This document shows, one piece after another, positions 51,837 through 64,000 of a stretch of DNA of 64,000 nucleotides. Position 1 is the stretch's first letter. Every line of letters starts with the position of its first letter. The stretch is from positions 61,008,001 through 61,072,000 of the forward strand of contig OX597830.1 of NCBI GenBank assembly GCA_951406725.2. The letters are read 5' to 3'. The notes under the pieces were generated by a model. It made no database searches, was not told where the DNA came from, and saw only the letters and a list, made by a program, of their open reading frames with translations. Source of the stretch: Octopus vulgaris. Taxonomy: Eukaryota. A program made the translations under genes and the position numbers.

Positions 51837-52077
51837 CAGTGGTTTTCAACCATTTTTGACCCATATGTCCCTTTGATTCCTATTTTACTCAACTGGACAT
51901 CCATAGCCATTTGTTGTATATATAAAAAATACTACTGCATTTTTCTAATTAAACATGATTAGGAGCTGTATGGAACAATTAAAATATTTTGCATGTTGCA
52001 GAAGTAAAAGCAATTTTTAACAACAAACTCTTATATCGGCCGCTGAGGGTCCTATGGACACCGGCTGAGAACCACTA
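51837..52077. mobile_element. hAT (Charlie-like) MITE
   Basis: Termini CAGTGGTTTTCAACC / GGCTGAGAACCACTA; TSD not recognisable. Confidence 0.6.
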
Positions 52078-52153
52078 TCCTACCCGATGATCTAATGCCC
52101 CCGCCAATTCACCACCACCTGTTGTATAAATAGTGTGAGTGAATGCGTGTAAA

Positions 52154-52187
<34 letters not shown>

Positions 52188-52232
52188 TGTGTGTGTGTGT
52201 GTGTGTGAGAGAGAGAAAGAGAGAGAGAGAGA

Positions 52233-52265
<33 letters not shown>

Positions 52266-52290
52266 GGTATGTGTGAGTGAATGTGTGTAA

Positions 52291-52334
<44 letters not shown>

Positions 52335-53920
52335 AGTATTGAGCAATAAACCTTGCAAATGATACTGTGTTTTTGTGGCACAGACTTTATTACATAAGTC
52401 GTCAAATATACACAGGTACAATATACTGAAGGTGGTGTTCCAGCAAGACTGTAGTTTAACAACGGAATGTAGCGAAAAAAAGAATGCACGTCCCAAGTGT
52501 TTCAGCTGTACAACAGAGATATCCCGTCATACTATGAAAGCAACAGTCTGTATTAAAAGTATTGAATGAACCAATAATACTGCTCTGACGAAGAATAATT
52601 GACCATTATAGGCTGTGAGAGCAACTATAATATTGAAAAGCGTTTTGTTAGTTTCAAATTCTTAGTGCAATTCTACTATTCATGAAGGAAACAACAGGAA
52701 ATCAAACCTTGAAATCCGTGCGCAGTAACCCTTGGATTAGGGAACCCATGCGCAGTAACCCTTCGATTAGGGAACATGACTTCCCTTAATGCATATCTAT
52801 TATACGTTATAGATAATTATTTCCCCTGATGAAAAACAGCCTCTACGAGGTTGCTTGACCAGCTTGAAAAGACATCGACACATTAGATAATTTAATAGTA
52901 GATACGCAATACCCGAAAAAATGAAGAAATAGGAACGCCTTAATCCTAGGTCTGCTTAATCAGGTCTGATCAGAGATTAAATAACAAGTTAGACGATTGT
53001 CTTATCCATCTACAATGGTTAATCATACTTTGGTCCAATAGAGAACATACACATCAAGATACACCAAACAAAACTCGGCGGGTTTTCCAGATTTAAAACA
53101 TTAATCAGCAGTCTTCGTTGATCAATTACCAAAGGGAAAAACGTAATTCTTTAAGTTTCATTTAATTTAGTGTTTTATAGATTTTTCCAATTGTGCAATT
53201 GAGATAAAACTACTATCCATGAACTAGTAATTGGGTCTTAATAATTTCTGATTACATGGTATCTCTGAAATATTAACACTGTTAAGTGATATGATATACA
53301 ACAAGCAGATAAAAAGTTAATGTAACAATATATGTTTATATGGTATAGCTCCCACAGAGAAGATATCGCATAACGTATTTGGTAGAAATTATACAAAGAA
53401 AATGTCTCCGACGAGATTGTTATTAACAGTAATATTACTCGTTTTTCAAAAAGAAAAAAAAAAATTTCAAAATGAAAGACCTTAGAAAAAAACTTTATCA
53501 AGGTAACACCATTTTTACTGTTTGATCTCAGGAGTGTATTATCCTGGTACAGATATCAATGAAATTTTACACCAAAAATTGATATCATTGAGATAGAAGA
53601 AATTATATTAAGTCAGTATCACACGTAAAACTACTATCAAAATACTAACAACACCGATTTTTCGGCAACTCCTATTTCTTTTTTTGCTCATGATGGAAAC
53701 GTTATCATTGCCGTTGATATTATACTCGCAAGAAAGGGGTAAATTGCCATGCAGTGTTTAGTTAACTACCTCTACGTTCTGAGTTTAAATTCTGCCGATA
53801 TCAACTTTACCTTCCAAGGTTGATAAAATAACAAGCAGTCAATACCGGTGGCAATACAATCTTCTCTATCTCAATGTGCAGTATTATATATATATTAAAT
53901 TATTATTATTAGACAAGTTA

Positions 53921-54128
53921 AGGCGGCGAGCTAGCAGAATCGTTAGCACGCCCGGCAAAATGCTGAGCGGCATTTCGCCCATCTTTACGTTCTGATTCCA
54001 CCGAGGTTGACTTTGCGTCTCATCCCTTTCGGGGTCAATAAAATAAATATCGGTTTAGCACTGAGGTCAATGTAATCGACTTATCCCTCCCTCGGAACTT
54101 CTGGCCTTGTGCCAAAATTTGAAACTAG
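53921..54128 (+). mobile_element. SINE family A copy
   Basis: GGCGGCGAGCTAGCAGAATCGTTAGCACG head and family A body. Confidence 0.75.
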
Positions 54129-55179
54129 TATTAAATTAGTGCATCACATGCCGGCCTATAGGCTAATCCCGCAGTATTTGACACGAAGAATTATAAGGGC
54201 AAAAAGACACCGATAACGAAATTGACGCTATGGCTATAATTATTCCCGTGCAAGAGTACAACACGATTTTAGATTTCAGGAATCGAAATCGCAGGTGTAG
54301 TAGGGGCGAAGTAAAAATCATTTAAAGGCCCTCTGGCTAGAAAATCTGAAGTAACTAAAAGAAAATAAGCGACTGCAAAAGTAGGCCACGGGCGCTGCTG
54401 TTCCCAGGAATCTTCACTCAAGAATGTTTGTCACTATATTTTTATATGACATGTTTATACCAACACAATTGTCTCTCTATCCATCACGCATTGACTGATA
54501 TTTCATTATTCCTGGGAACTTCCTCAAGGAATATGATCCTTGTTTTTCTCGCAAAAATAACCTGCGTGCATATTTTTGTAGCTATTATCACTGATAATAC
54601 TACAAGAAAAAAACATAGAAGAATATTTATCTTTGCACAACTGGCTTACCAATCTAAAAATGGAGCTGTTAATCTTTTTTTTGAAATCTCACTATACTAT
54701 CTTGAGAAGACGGCAAATATTGGTTAATGTAGTATTAGATATGGTCGTCGTCGCCGTCGTCGTCGATCACCATCGTTTTACGTCAGTTTACCCTTGCTTC
54801 CTTGTGGTGGATGGTTTTTCTCCAGTGTCTCACCAATTGATGCAGTTCGTTATCATTTTCTTCGCGGGTTCCCACCGCTTGAGATCATATTTCGCCCTTC
54901 AGTCCCATGTTTTCTTAGGTCTTCCTGCTAAGTGTACCTTTACCCTACTGTTATCATTCGTATAGAGTTTAAGAGATGTTGAATAAGATTGCCTTGTCAT
55001 CAGTTTTAGGAGCCAATCGAGAAGTCGAGAAAGCCTTATCCAGGTCATAGACAGCAGAGTTACCCCACCCATCCATCATCTTGTAACAATGAAGAAGATA
55101 TGGAAAACGAGAAAGAAGAGAGCAAAAAAGGAAAAAGATCCCCAAAAGGCAAACAAGTCTCTGAAGAAAAACCCATCTC

Positions 55180-55220
<41 letters not shown>

Positions 55221-55243
<23 letters not shown>

Positions 55244-55523
55244 GAATCAAAGCTCAGCTTTGGTTTTATTCCCGGCGGGATTTTTGTGGGTAGCGGGTTA
55301 CTACCTGTAACCTTAGGTATCCACACATATTCGGCATTTTTTCAAGAGCTTAGAACCCTCCTGATAACCCTTGCTGTCCCTAAAAGAGCAACTTTTGTAG
55401 GAGCTCTACTGGGAATTTTATTTCAGTCTCCTTCAACCATTTGTCTACATCTTGGCTCACTGTTCCCAACGCACCAATTATCATAGGCACGACCTTTACT
55501 GTTTGCATGCTCCAAGCTTTTCC
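55221..55523 (-). mobile_element. R4/Dong-like LINE, 5'-truncated 3' end in (TTA)n
   Basis: KAWSMQTVKVVPMIIGALGTV...ALLGTARVIRRVLSS* plus UTR; TTA repeats on both sides. Confidence 0.8.
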
Positions 55524-55544
55524 TTATTATTACTAGTCTCTTTA

Positions 55545-56520
55545 ACAGAGCTGCAGTTCTGGGTAAAATAGGGACTGAAGGGAAGGATATGGAAAGTGGA
55601 ATGTCTTCAAGCGCTCACAGCACTCAGCCAATCAGACAGTGCGGCGGGTGGAACGTCCACTTTAGCTTTTTATAGAGGATTAGTGAAGGAAAAGTGTGAC
55701 GACGTTCTTGGGGAGATCTTGGACTTCGAAAAAGATAAGCTTGACGCTCTTTTCTGGAGATCTTTCAGGCCGGAACTAATAATTTCCAAAAATCTCTGGC
55801 CTGGCAGTGCTACCAGGGAGCTTTGATTGTTCGAGATAAACTTTACCGGCACGGAAGTGCCGTCAGCCGAGCATGTTCGAGATGCGTGCAGGACGACGAA
55901 ACGGTTTTGCATGCACTCGTCGAGTGCTCGAGCATTGCTGAGCTGTAGGTTTATGTCGAACACCTGCTGCCGCGTGTGGGACGGATCCGGCTCTCAATTG
56001 AATCCATCGTGAAAATCGTCTCGCCGCTTTCTGCTAACCAGGAAGGAAAGGTTCTTTTTACATGTCTGGTGGCCATGGCGAAAGCGGCTGTGTGGTGGAC
56101 CAGATTGAAGGGGCTGAAGACAAACACTTTTCTCTTTGAAAAGGAAAATAAGGGTAGAGAGGGAAGTGTTGTCTTCTAACCAGTTTGCTGAAAAGTGGAT
56201 GAAAGTGGCGATAATGGTGCGAGTGAACGGGCCTGTCCAGAGCATATGCCTGGAGTTGAAAAAAAGGGCATTTGCCCTAAAAGTCAGGGTACACATGGTT
56301 TTTTAATGGGATTTTTCTATGAGGATCCCTCGAACACCTCCTCCCTATTGAGGATTACACATTGCTGATTTCTTTCTTTCTCTTTTTTTAAAAAGTTTGT
56401 TAGTCTTGTCTACACCAAAACTCTCACAGTAACACACACTCACACACATGCACACGCACATTCTTTGTTTTGTCCTACACTGTCCATAATGTTTTATTAA
56501 CCTTGTGCTTAATAAAGAAG
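55545..56520 (+). mobile_element. Tx1/L1-clade LINE, 3' portion (third copy)
   Basis: TLAFYRGLVKEKCDDVLGEILD..., VRDKLYRHGSAVSRACSRCVQDDETVLHALVEC and LVAMAKAAVWWTRLKGLKTNTFL; homologous to 12200-12800(-) and 18200-18650(-). Confidence 0.82.
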
Positions 56521-56531
56521 CAATTATTACT

Positions 56532-57080
<549 letters not shown>

Positions 57081-57119
57081 GTTATTCTGTTGTTGTTGTT
57101 GTTGTTATTATTATTATTG

Positions 57120-59100
57120 AGTGAGAGAGCAGTGCATACCATCAAAGTGACACTGGGGTAAAATATACGAACCCCAGTATACCCATCATGACTATCCTTC
57201 TGATAAGGGTACACCAGGCACATGCATCACAACCATACGTGCATGACATGGTGATCTCATATCAAGATAAACAGCATATGACCTTGCAGGTGGGGCCCAG
57301 TTAGAACTTTCCTTAGGTTGAGTAGCTTGTCCCACTCAAAAGGTGCCTGGTGTTTTTGTTATGTATTTGTCTGAATGTTTTTTTTTATCATACTTAATGC
57401 GCCTACTATAATACGAATTGTTTCTGTTTTTAGGTTCCACATTCGAGTTGCTTCTATTTCCAGATAATTTAGAGACACGTTGTCATCTGCAGGTATTGAT
57501 ACATCGATTAGAAAGCATTTTTTCTTGGTGATCTCTGACAACTATATCCTGCCTTAATTTCTCTATCTGTGTTTATTGGCGAGTCCCAGAGTATGGTTGC
57601 TTTCTCCTTTTCTGCGACCTTTTCTAGGGTATGCCTGTACCATCTTTTTTCTGTTGTTTTTCCGTAGTGTTGACATAGCTCCCAGTGTATATAGGTCCCA
57701 ACTCTATCGTGTCTGTGAATATATTCTTTATTAGCCAGGACTGGGCAGCCAGAGTCAATATGATTTATTTTTCTCCAACACCACATATTCTGTAGTTACT
57801 TGTATTTCTTTTCATTACGTCTTTGTGGTGATTTCTAGTGGGGAGGCTTTGATCTTGTGCTGCAGTTAAAAATTCTTCAGTCTTTTGAGCTTTTCAGCCA
57901 TTGTTGGGATTTTGCCCTGTCTACTTTTTTGTTTAGCTTAACCCGATATTTGTTATATAGGGGCTTCTTTTGCCATCGTTTTATCATGATACGTTGCTGT
58001 TCCAGTTTTAGTTTGGATTTTATTTGTTTTATAGCTTTCATTGTTTCTTCTTTTTCTTTATAGTTGTTAGGTATAATGGCTTCTTTTCTGTATTTGTAAG
58101 CTTCCTAAAGACAGAAAGCAGGCTGCTGCATATATTATATCATTTAGCCTGGTGATATTGGCATTTGTTTCTCTGGTTATTAATTCTGTGATGGCCAAAT
58201 ACATGCTATTTATTATTGATGTTGTTTTATTATCATTCAGAATCTTTGAGAGGTACTATCGGTGTTCCACACTGAGATCTGTGGTTTTCAAATTCTTTGA
58301 TTATACTCATTTTAGAGTATCATAATCATTAGTTCCACCTTCACCGTTTCCAGGTTTTAGATTTGTTTCGTATTCCGTCCTCTTCATATTTGTGTCTGTG
58401 GTGTTCTGGTTTGGTGTATTTTACTCATAATTAACCATTCCTACGGTCGGGGTTTGTTGTCTTTCGCTGTTTATTTCGTTTTTGTTGGACACGTTACGTC
58501 TGTCTTCATATTTTACATTCCCAGTGCTTATGACATTATTTGGCACTGCTATATGGTTACTATCTTCGTTTTCCTGATGTATTTTTCCTTTTAAGTGTTC
58601 TATTTCTCATATTTTTTGTTTTGAGAATATATCTCCGTATGTTAGTTAATTTATTAGGGTTCATTGCTATTTCCAAATCTTTATCTAGGTTATTTTTCTT
58701 CCAGATTTTATATGTATATGTTGTTGTGTTTCCATTCCGTGGGTAGAGCACTGCCGTAAAATAAACATGTAGGATTGAAATGTATTCCTCACGTGTCCAT
58801 TTATGCTTTTTTAATTTTATTTGCGGGTCGTGAGGAATAACATCGGGCCCTTTATTTTGATTGTCATCATTTTCGTAGGTTACCGGTCCGTTCATCTCTG
58901 GTGTTAAATGGTTTAGCACGTGTAGTTTTTCGTTCTTTTTGTGTAACAGGTTTAAAGTACGTACCTCCTTTTTATTCTCTTTTGTTTGAAAAATACGGAT
59001 ATTATTTAATTCATTTTTCATTTTTTTGTGCGTGTATGATGGTTGGGGACGAAGACAGTCTAATGTTGATTGGACCATAATGTGGCGAGCGTGTTTACAC
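57120..59100 (-). mobile_element. R4/Dong-clade LINE, internally deleted, joined to a fragment of the 11302-11850 element
   Basis: N-terminal KKHKWTREEYISILHVYF...NKLTNIRRYILK; C-terminal INHIDSGCPVLANKEYIHRHDRVG...ILWD...CFLIDVSIP...IIVGAL. 57120-57345 is the inverted 3' part of 11302-11850. Confidence 0.8.
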
Positions 59101-59436
59101 GTATTGTGCGAGTGATGGAGATGATACACAATTAAAATACATAATTTCATTTGGAAAGTAAAAATACATTTTAATGAGTATTACTCACTCGGATATAGTC
59201 CAAAACTTTATCAGTTATTTTAGGTTCCATTTGTTGTCTTTATTCCCGATGTTTTTGGATAAATTTCGGAGCAGTGTTTTATCGCTCTCACATGTTAAAC
59301 GTCTCCGGTGTTCTTCTTCTTCTTCTTCTTCTTCTTCTTCTTCTTCTTCTTCTTCTTCTTCTTCTTCTTCTTCTTCTTCTTCTTCTTCTTCCTCCTCCTC
59401 CTCCTCCTCCTCCCCTCCTCCCTATCCTCTCCTCCT

Positions 59437-59635
59437 TAGCGAGCTGGCAGAATCGTTAGCATGGTGGACGAAATGCTTAGTGGCATTTCGCCCGTCGCTA
59501 CGTTCAGAGTTCAAATTCCTCTGAGGTCGACTTTGCCTTTCATCCTTTAGGGGTTGATAAAATAAGTACCAATTGAAGACTGAGGTCGACATAGTCGACT
59601 CATCCCCAGCTCCCCAAGTTGCCCTTGTGGAAAAA
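59437..59635 (+). mobile_element. SINE family A copy (others at 60195-60402, 62010-62210, 62875-63140 -)
   Basis: Family A head and core followed by an AAT/CAA tail. Confidence 0.75.
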
Positions 59636-59683
59636 CATTTTAAATAATAACAACAACAACAACAATAATAATAGTAGTAATTA

Positions 59684-59751
<68 letters not shown>

Positions 59752-59759
59752 ATTACTTC

Positions 59760-60180
59760 TTCTTGTTATTAATATCATATTTTACTTCTGAGAGGTCTCG
59801 ATCTTACTTGCTCAGGTTAATTATGTGAGAGCTGACAACATCCAGTTATCAAAGGTCTCACAAGGACTCTTTCCGCAAATTATAAGACTTATTATTTATG
59901 TGTTACGTTTTGTGGTAGATATTCAACGCCCAAGTATCAATCTCAAGACCCTAGCTGTCCCTAACAGAGCAGTTTTTTTGGTCATGCCGTGTCCACATTT
60001 CAATTCTAATTTTTCCGATACATTTCTCGAACTTGGTAGTTAGTACTCCGAGTGTCGCTGCAACAACAGGGATGACATTTACTCTCTTCATTACCTATTT
60101 TCATCTTATAGTAACTTGCATTTTCCCACCTTTTCCAGCTCTTTGTCACCTGTGCGTGTATATCCAGTTATTTCAAAATA
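59760..60180 (-). mobile_element. R4/Dong-like LINE 3' fragment, diverged
   Basis: Minus-strand KTALLGTARVLR motif; 3' end abuts (TTA)n. Confidence 0.55.
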
Positions 60181-60399
60181 TATCTTAGTTCGATAGGCGG
60201 TGAGGCAGCACAATCGTTAACACGCTGGGCAAAATGCATAGCGGTATTTCACCCGTTTTTACGTTCAAATTCCGATGAGATCCACTTTGCCTTTCATCCT
60301 TTCGGGATCGATAAAATAGGTACTAGTCATATACTGAGGCTGATGTAATCGATTAGCCCTCCACCCACAAAAAAGTTCTGGCCGTGTGCCTATAGTAGA

Positions 60400-60463
<64 letters not shown>

Positions 60464-60464
60464 G

Positions 60465-60512
<48 letters not shown>

Positions 60513-60522
60513 CAGGCAGTGA

Positions 60523-60615
<93 letters not shown>

Positions 60616-60627
60616 CAACAACAACAA

Positions 60628-60793
60628 CATCGAAAAATACCTTAGGAATGAGAACCCAGGTTCGAAATTTCCCTAAGACACCTGATGAAGGCTTGAGGAT
60701 ATATCAGCCGAAACGTGTTAACAACAAACAAGGACAAATATCCGTCAAATGTAAATAATGTACATAATTCCTCATCTCTTAAATATAGAACTG
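60628..60793 (+). mobile_element. Penelope-like terminal fragment with degenerate minimal hammerhead
   Basis: GACAC CTGATGA AGGCT...AGCC GAAACGTGTT at about 60677-60719, after an (AAT)n tract. Confidence 0.55.
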
Positions 60794-60878
60794 GATGATG
60801 ATGTAGTCTACGAGCCTTCACTACCTAAATTTCAGGCCTTGTGCTCATAGTAGAAAGAATTATTATTATTATTATTAT

Positions 60879-60933
<55 letters not shown>

Positions 60934-60947
60934 CATTATTATTATTA

Positions 60948-60999
<52 letters not shown>

Positions 61000-61040
61000 C
61001 ATTATTATTATTATTATTATTATTGTTGTTGTTGTTGTTG

Positions 61041-61083
<43 letters not shown>

Positions 61084-61139
61084 TATTGTTGTTGTTGTTG
61101 TTATTTACTTTTTATCTACATATTTGTTACAATCACTTG

Positions 61140-61950
61140 TCGAGACACACCCAACCCCCTAGGGTGAGTGAAGGATAAGAGATGTTACAATATGACTTCA
61201 ATGACTGGCTCAAGATAATGTCTGTACCTGTAAGCAGGAGTGGCTGATGTTGTAGTGTTTACATATTTTCCGGGGCATGCTATGACGATTATCATACATG
61301 ATCTTTTTTTATTCACCACAACAATGTTCGGCTTCCGATGTCTGGTCGGATGATCGCTCCGGATCAGTGCATTCCACACGATATTGAAATTGTCATTTTC
61401 GGTGACTCCTTCTGGAGTTTGCTCATACCACGTCTTTGCTGTTTGTAGGCCGTGATTTCCATCGAGCTCCCAATGGATCATTCTTGCCATATTGTCATGG
61501 TGTCTTCTGTATTCGCGTTGTGCCAATTTCGGGCATTCGCTAACGGTGTGCCATACCGCTTCACACACCTCACCACACATTTCTGCATTTGTTGTTATCA
61601 GTAGCGTTGTCTATTCTGCACTTCATATAGTTGATCCTTAGTGCTTGTTCCTGAGCTGCGCATATGAGTGCTTCTATCTCTATCTTCAGGTCTCTCCTCC
61701 TCATCCATAGCCACCGGTCCTCTGTATCTGTCTTGGCGTTCACATCTCTTGCCTTCTGACCGTACATTTTCTTTTCATTCCATGCTTTTTATTTTTTGCT
61801 TATTTCTTATTTAAATTTTTCTTTAGTTACACAATTTTCCCCTTTTTTAATGACGCCAGCCGTCTTCGTGTGTTTCAACAGTGGCTTCACGGTATTTCTT
61901 ATATATCACCCTAAGCTGTATCCTCTACTTCGATACAGTCCTGGCAATTG
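61140..61950 (-). mobile_element. R4/Dong-clade LINE fragment (zinc finger and RLE region)
   Basis: EIEALICAAQEQALRINY...CR.CGEVCEAVWHTVSECPKLAQREYRRHHDNMAR...RKPNIVVVNKKRSCMIIVIACPG; same family as 14546-16580. Confidence 0.85.
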
Positions 61951-62238
61951 AATAATAATAATAACAACAATAACAATAATAATAATAATTATAATAGATA
62001 TTATTATTAAGGTTGCAAGCTGTCAGAAGCGTTCGCACACTGGAAAAAGTATTTAGCGGCATTTCTTCCGGCTTTACCCTCTGAGTTCAAATGTTGCCGA
62101 GGTCAATATGCCTTTCAACCTTTTAGGGTCGAGAAAATAAGTACCAGTTGAGCACTGGGGCTGATGTAATCAACTTATCCCCTTCCCCCAAATTGCTGGC
62201 CTTTCGCCAAAGTCATTATCATAATAATAATAGTAGTA

Positions 62239-62293
<55 letters not shown>

Positions 62294-62364
62294 TAATAAT
62301 AATAATAATAATAATGATAATAATAAAAAGAAAAATAATGATAATAATAATTATAAGAACATGC

Positions 62365-63342
62365 TCTTCGTCCCCTTATAGAACTATCCCGGGAGATCTG
62401 CAAAGATCTCCACCTCTATATTGCCGACGTCGACTCATTCGACACAGTCGTCCACTCATCTCTCTGGATAATTCTCAAGCTCTTCGACACGCCTCCCAAG
62501 ATTATTTCCCTGTTACAAAGGCACTATAGCAGTGCCGAGAGCTGCGTACGGGCGAAGGAGAAGGACTTCAACTGGTTCCTCCTCGATATCTGGGTCAGGC
62601 ATGGTTGCATTGCCGTCCCGAGCTCTGCAACTGTGTCATCGATTATTTAATGACCAAGGTCTGTGAGCGAGTCTCTGACGTTATCTTCGGGAACTACCAC
62701 TTTACCGACCTGGAGTATGCAAACGATTCTATCTTATTTAGCAACTCGATCAACCAACTCAGAGACACACTGCCTGCCTGAGATCCTTGTTGTGACTTGA
62801 CAGACTACAAATTCCTGGTAGACACAATATCTTCAATCAACAACATCACGATATTGGATGTTAATAATAATAACCTTTTCTACTCTAGGTACAAGACCCG
62901 AAATTTATTGACACCGAAAGGATGAATGGCAAAGTCAACCTCGGCGTAATTTGAACTCAGAACATAAAGACAGACGAAATACGTATTTCTTTACTACCCA
63001 CAAGGGGCTAAACACAGAGGGGACAAACAAGGACAGACAAACGGATTAAGTCGATTACATTGACCCCAGTGCGTAACTGGTACTTAATTTATTGACCCCG
63101 AAAGGATGAAAGGCAAAGTCGGCCTCGAAATACGGCTACCAAGAGGAATAATCAAAGCAGGTAAGTTGGGCGAAGACCAAGATGATGCATGTTGGTAATG
63201 GCTCGGCCCCTCCCCCCTCTCCATATTAGCACAGACGTTGCGGATTTCGTCAGCTCCTTCATCTACCTGAGCTCCACAGTCACCAATAATGGAAATCTGA
63301 CCACGGAAATGAAACACAGATTGTGGTCTGGTTACTGTGGTC

Positions 63343-63345
<3 letters not shown>
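62365..63345 (+). mobile_element. RTE-clade LINE reverse transcriptase fragments, split by a SINE insertion
   Basis: SFDTVVHSSLWIILK, VRHGCIAV..LCNCVIDYLM, TDLEYANDS (YADD equivalent) and later FIYLSSTVTNNGNLTTEMKHRL. Confidence 0.7.
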
Positions 63346-63440
<95 letters not shown>

Positions 63441-63452
63441 TGTATGTATGTA

Positions 63453-63488
<36 letters not shown>

Positions 63489-63490
63489 TT

Positions 63491-63524
<34 letters not shown>

Positions 63525-63768
63525 AATATATAAGATCCAAAGATCGAGGCATAGGTAAAAAGTTAGCTTCAAGCAGTCCGTAGTAAATATAATAAAACAA
63601 CTTTCAAGGACAATAGTGATTTATTGAGACGGAAGGTCGTAGATCTTTTTTCGTATCGAAGTACGATAAACTGAAAAAAAGTTCCTTTTTATATTTCACG
63701 GTAGGCGACCAGGGTTGGCAGGTATGCGAATAAGAATACAAGATCAGGGTTACATATGTTTCATAGAT

Positions 63769-64000
63769 AGGCGTAGGAGTGGCTGTGTGGTAAGTAGCTT
63801 GCTTACCAACCACATGGTTCCGGGTTCAGTCCCACTGCGTGGCACCTTGGGCAAGTGTTTTCTACTATAGCCTCGGGCCGACCAAAGCCTTGCGAGTGGA
63901 TTTGGTAGACGGAAACTGAAAGAAGCCTGTCGTATATATGTATATGTATATGTATGTGTGTGTGTTTGTGTGTCTGTGCTTGACCCTCCACCCCAACATC
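63769..64000 (+). mobile_element. SINE family C copy, truncated by window end
   Basis: Near-identical to 35118-35400. Confidence 0.85.

Noticed and set aside
52719-52775. 30-bp direct duplication with internal mini-hairpin
   Set aside because: A simple two-copy slippage duplication with no further structure.

Overview
This is AT-rich, microsatellite-dense animal DNA. Its SINE families and repeat landscape look like an octopus (coleoid cephalopod) genome; that assignment is from recognition, not a database search. The only supportable host coding sequence is the terminal exon of a hedgehog gene on the minus strand (9096-9787). It encodes the end of Hh-N, the GG|CF autocleavage site, the Hint domain and the sterol-recognition region. 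I found no upstream hedgehog exon, so the remaining ~54 kb is probably one large intron. That region is filled with decayed transposons: R4/Dong-like and Tx1/L1-like LINEs beside (TAA)n tracts, RTE fragments, three tRNA-derived SINE families, a near-complete mariner, an internally deleted Ty3/Gypsy element with both LTRs and a tRNA-Ser PBS, Merlin-like MITEs carrying telomere repeats, a Helitron remnant and Penelope-like ends. The most unusual features are two near-perfect palindromes whose arms encode type-I hammerhead ribozyme folds, a 39-bp inverted insertion apparently copied from a locus 3.4 kb away, and nested chains of (TAA)n-associated retroelements. Nearly all other ORFs in the track are microsatellite artefacts.
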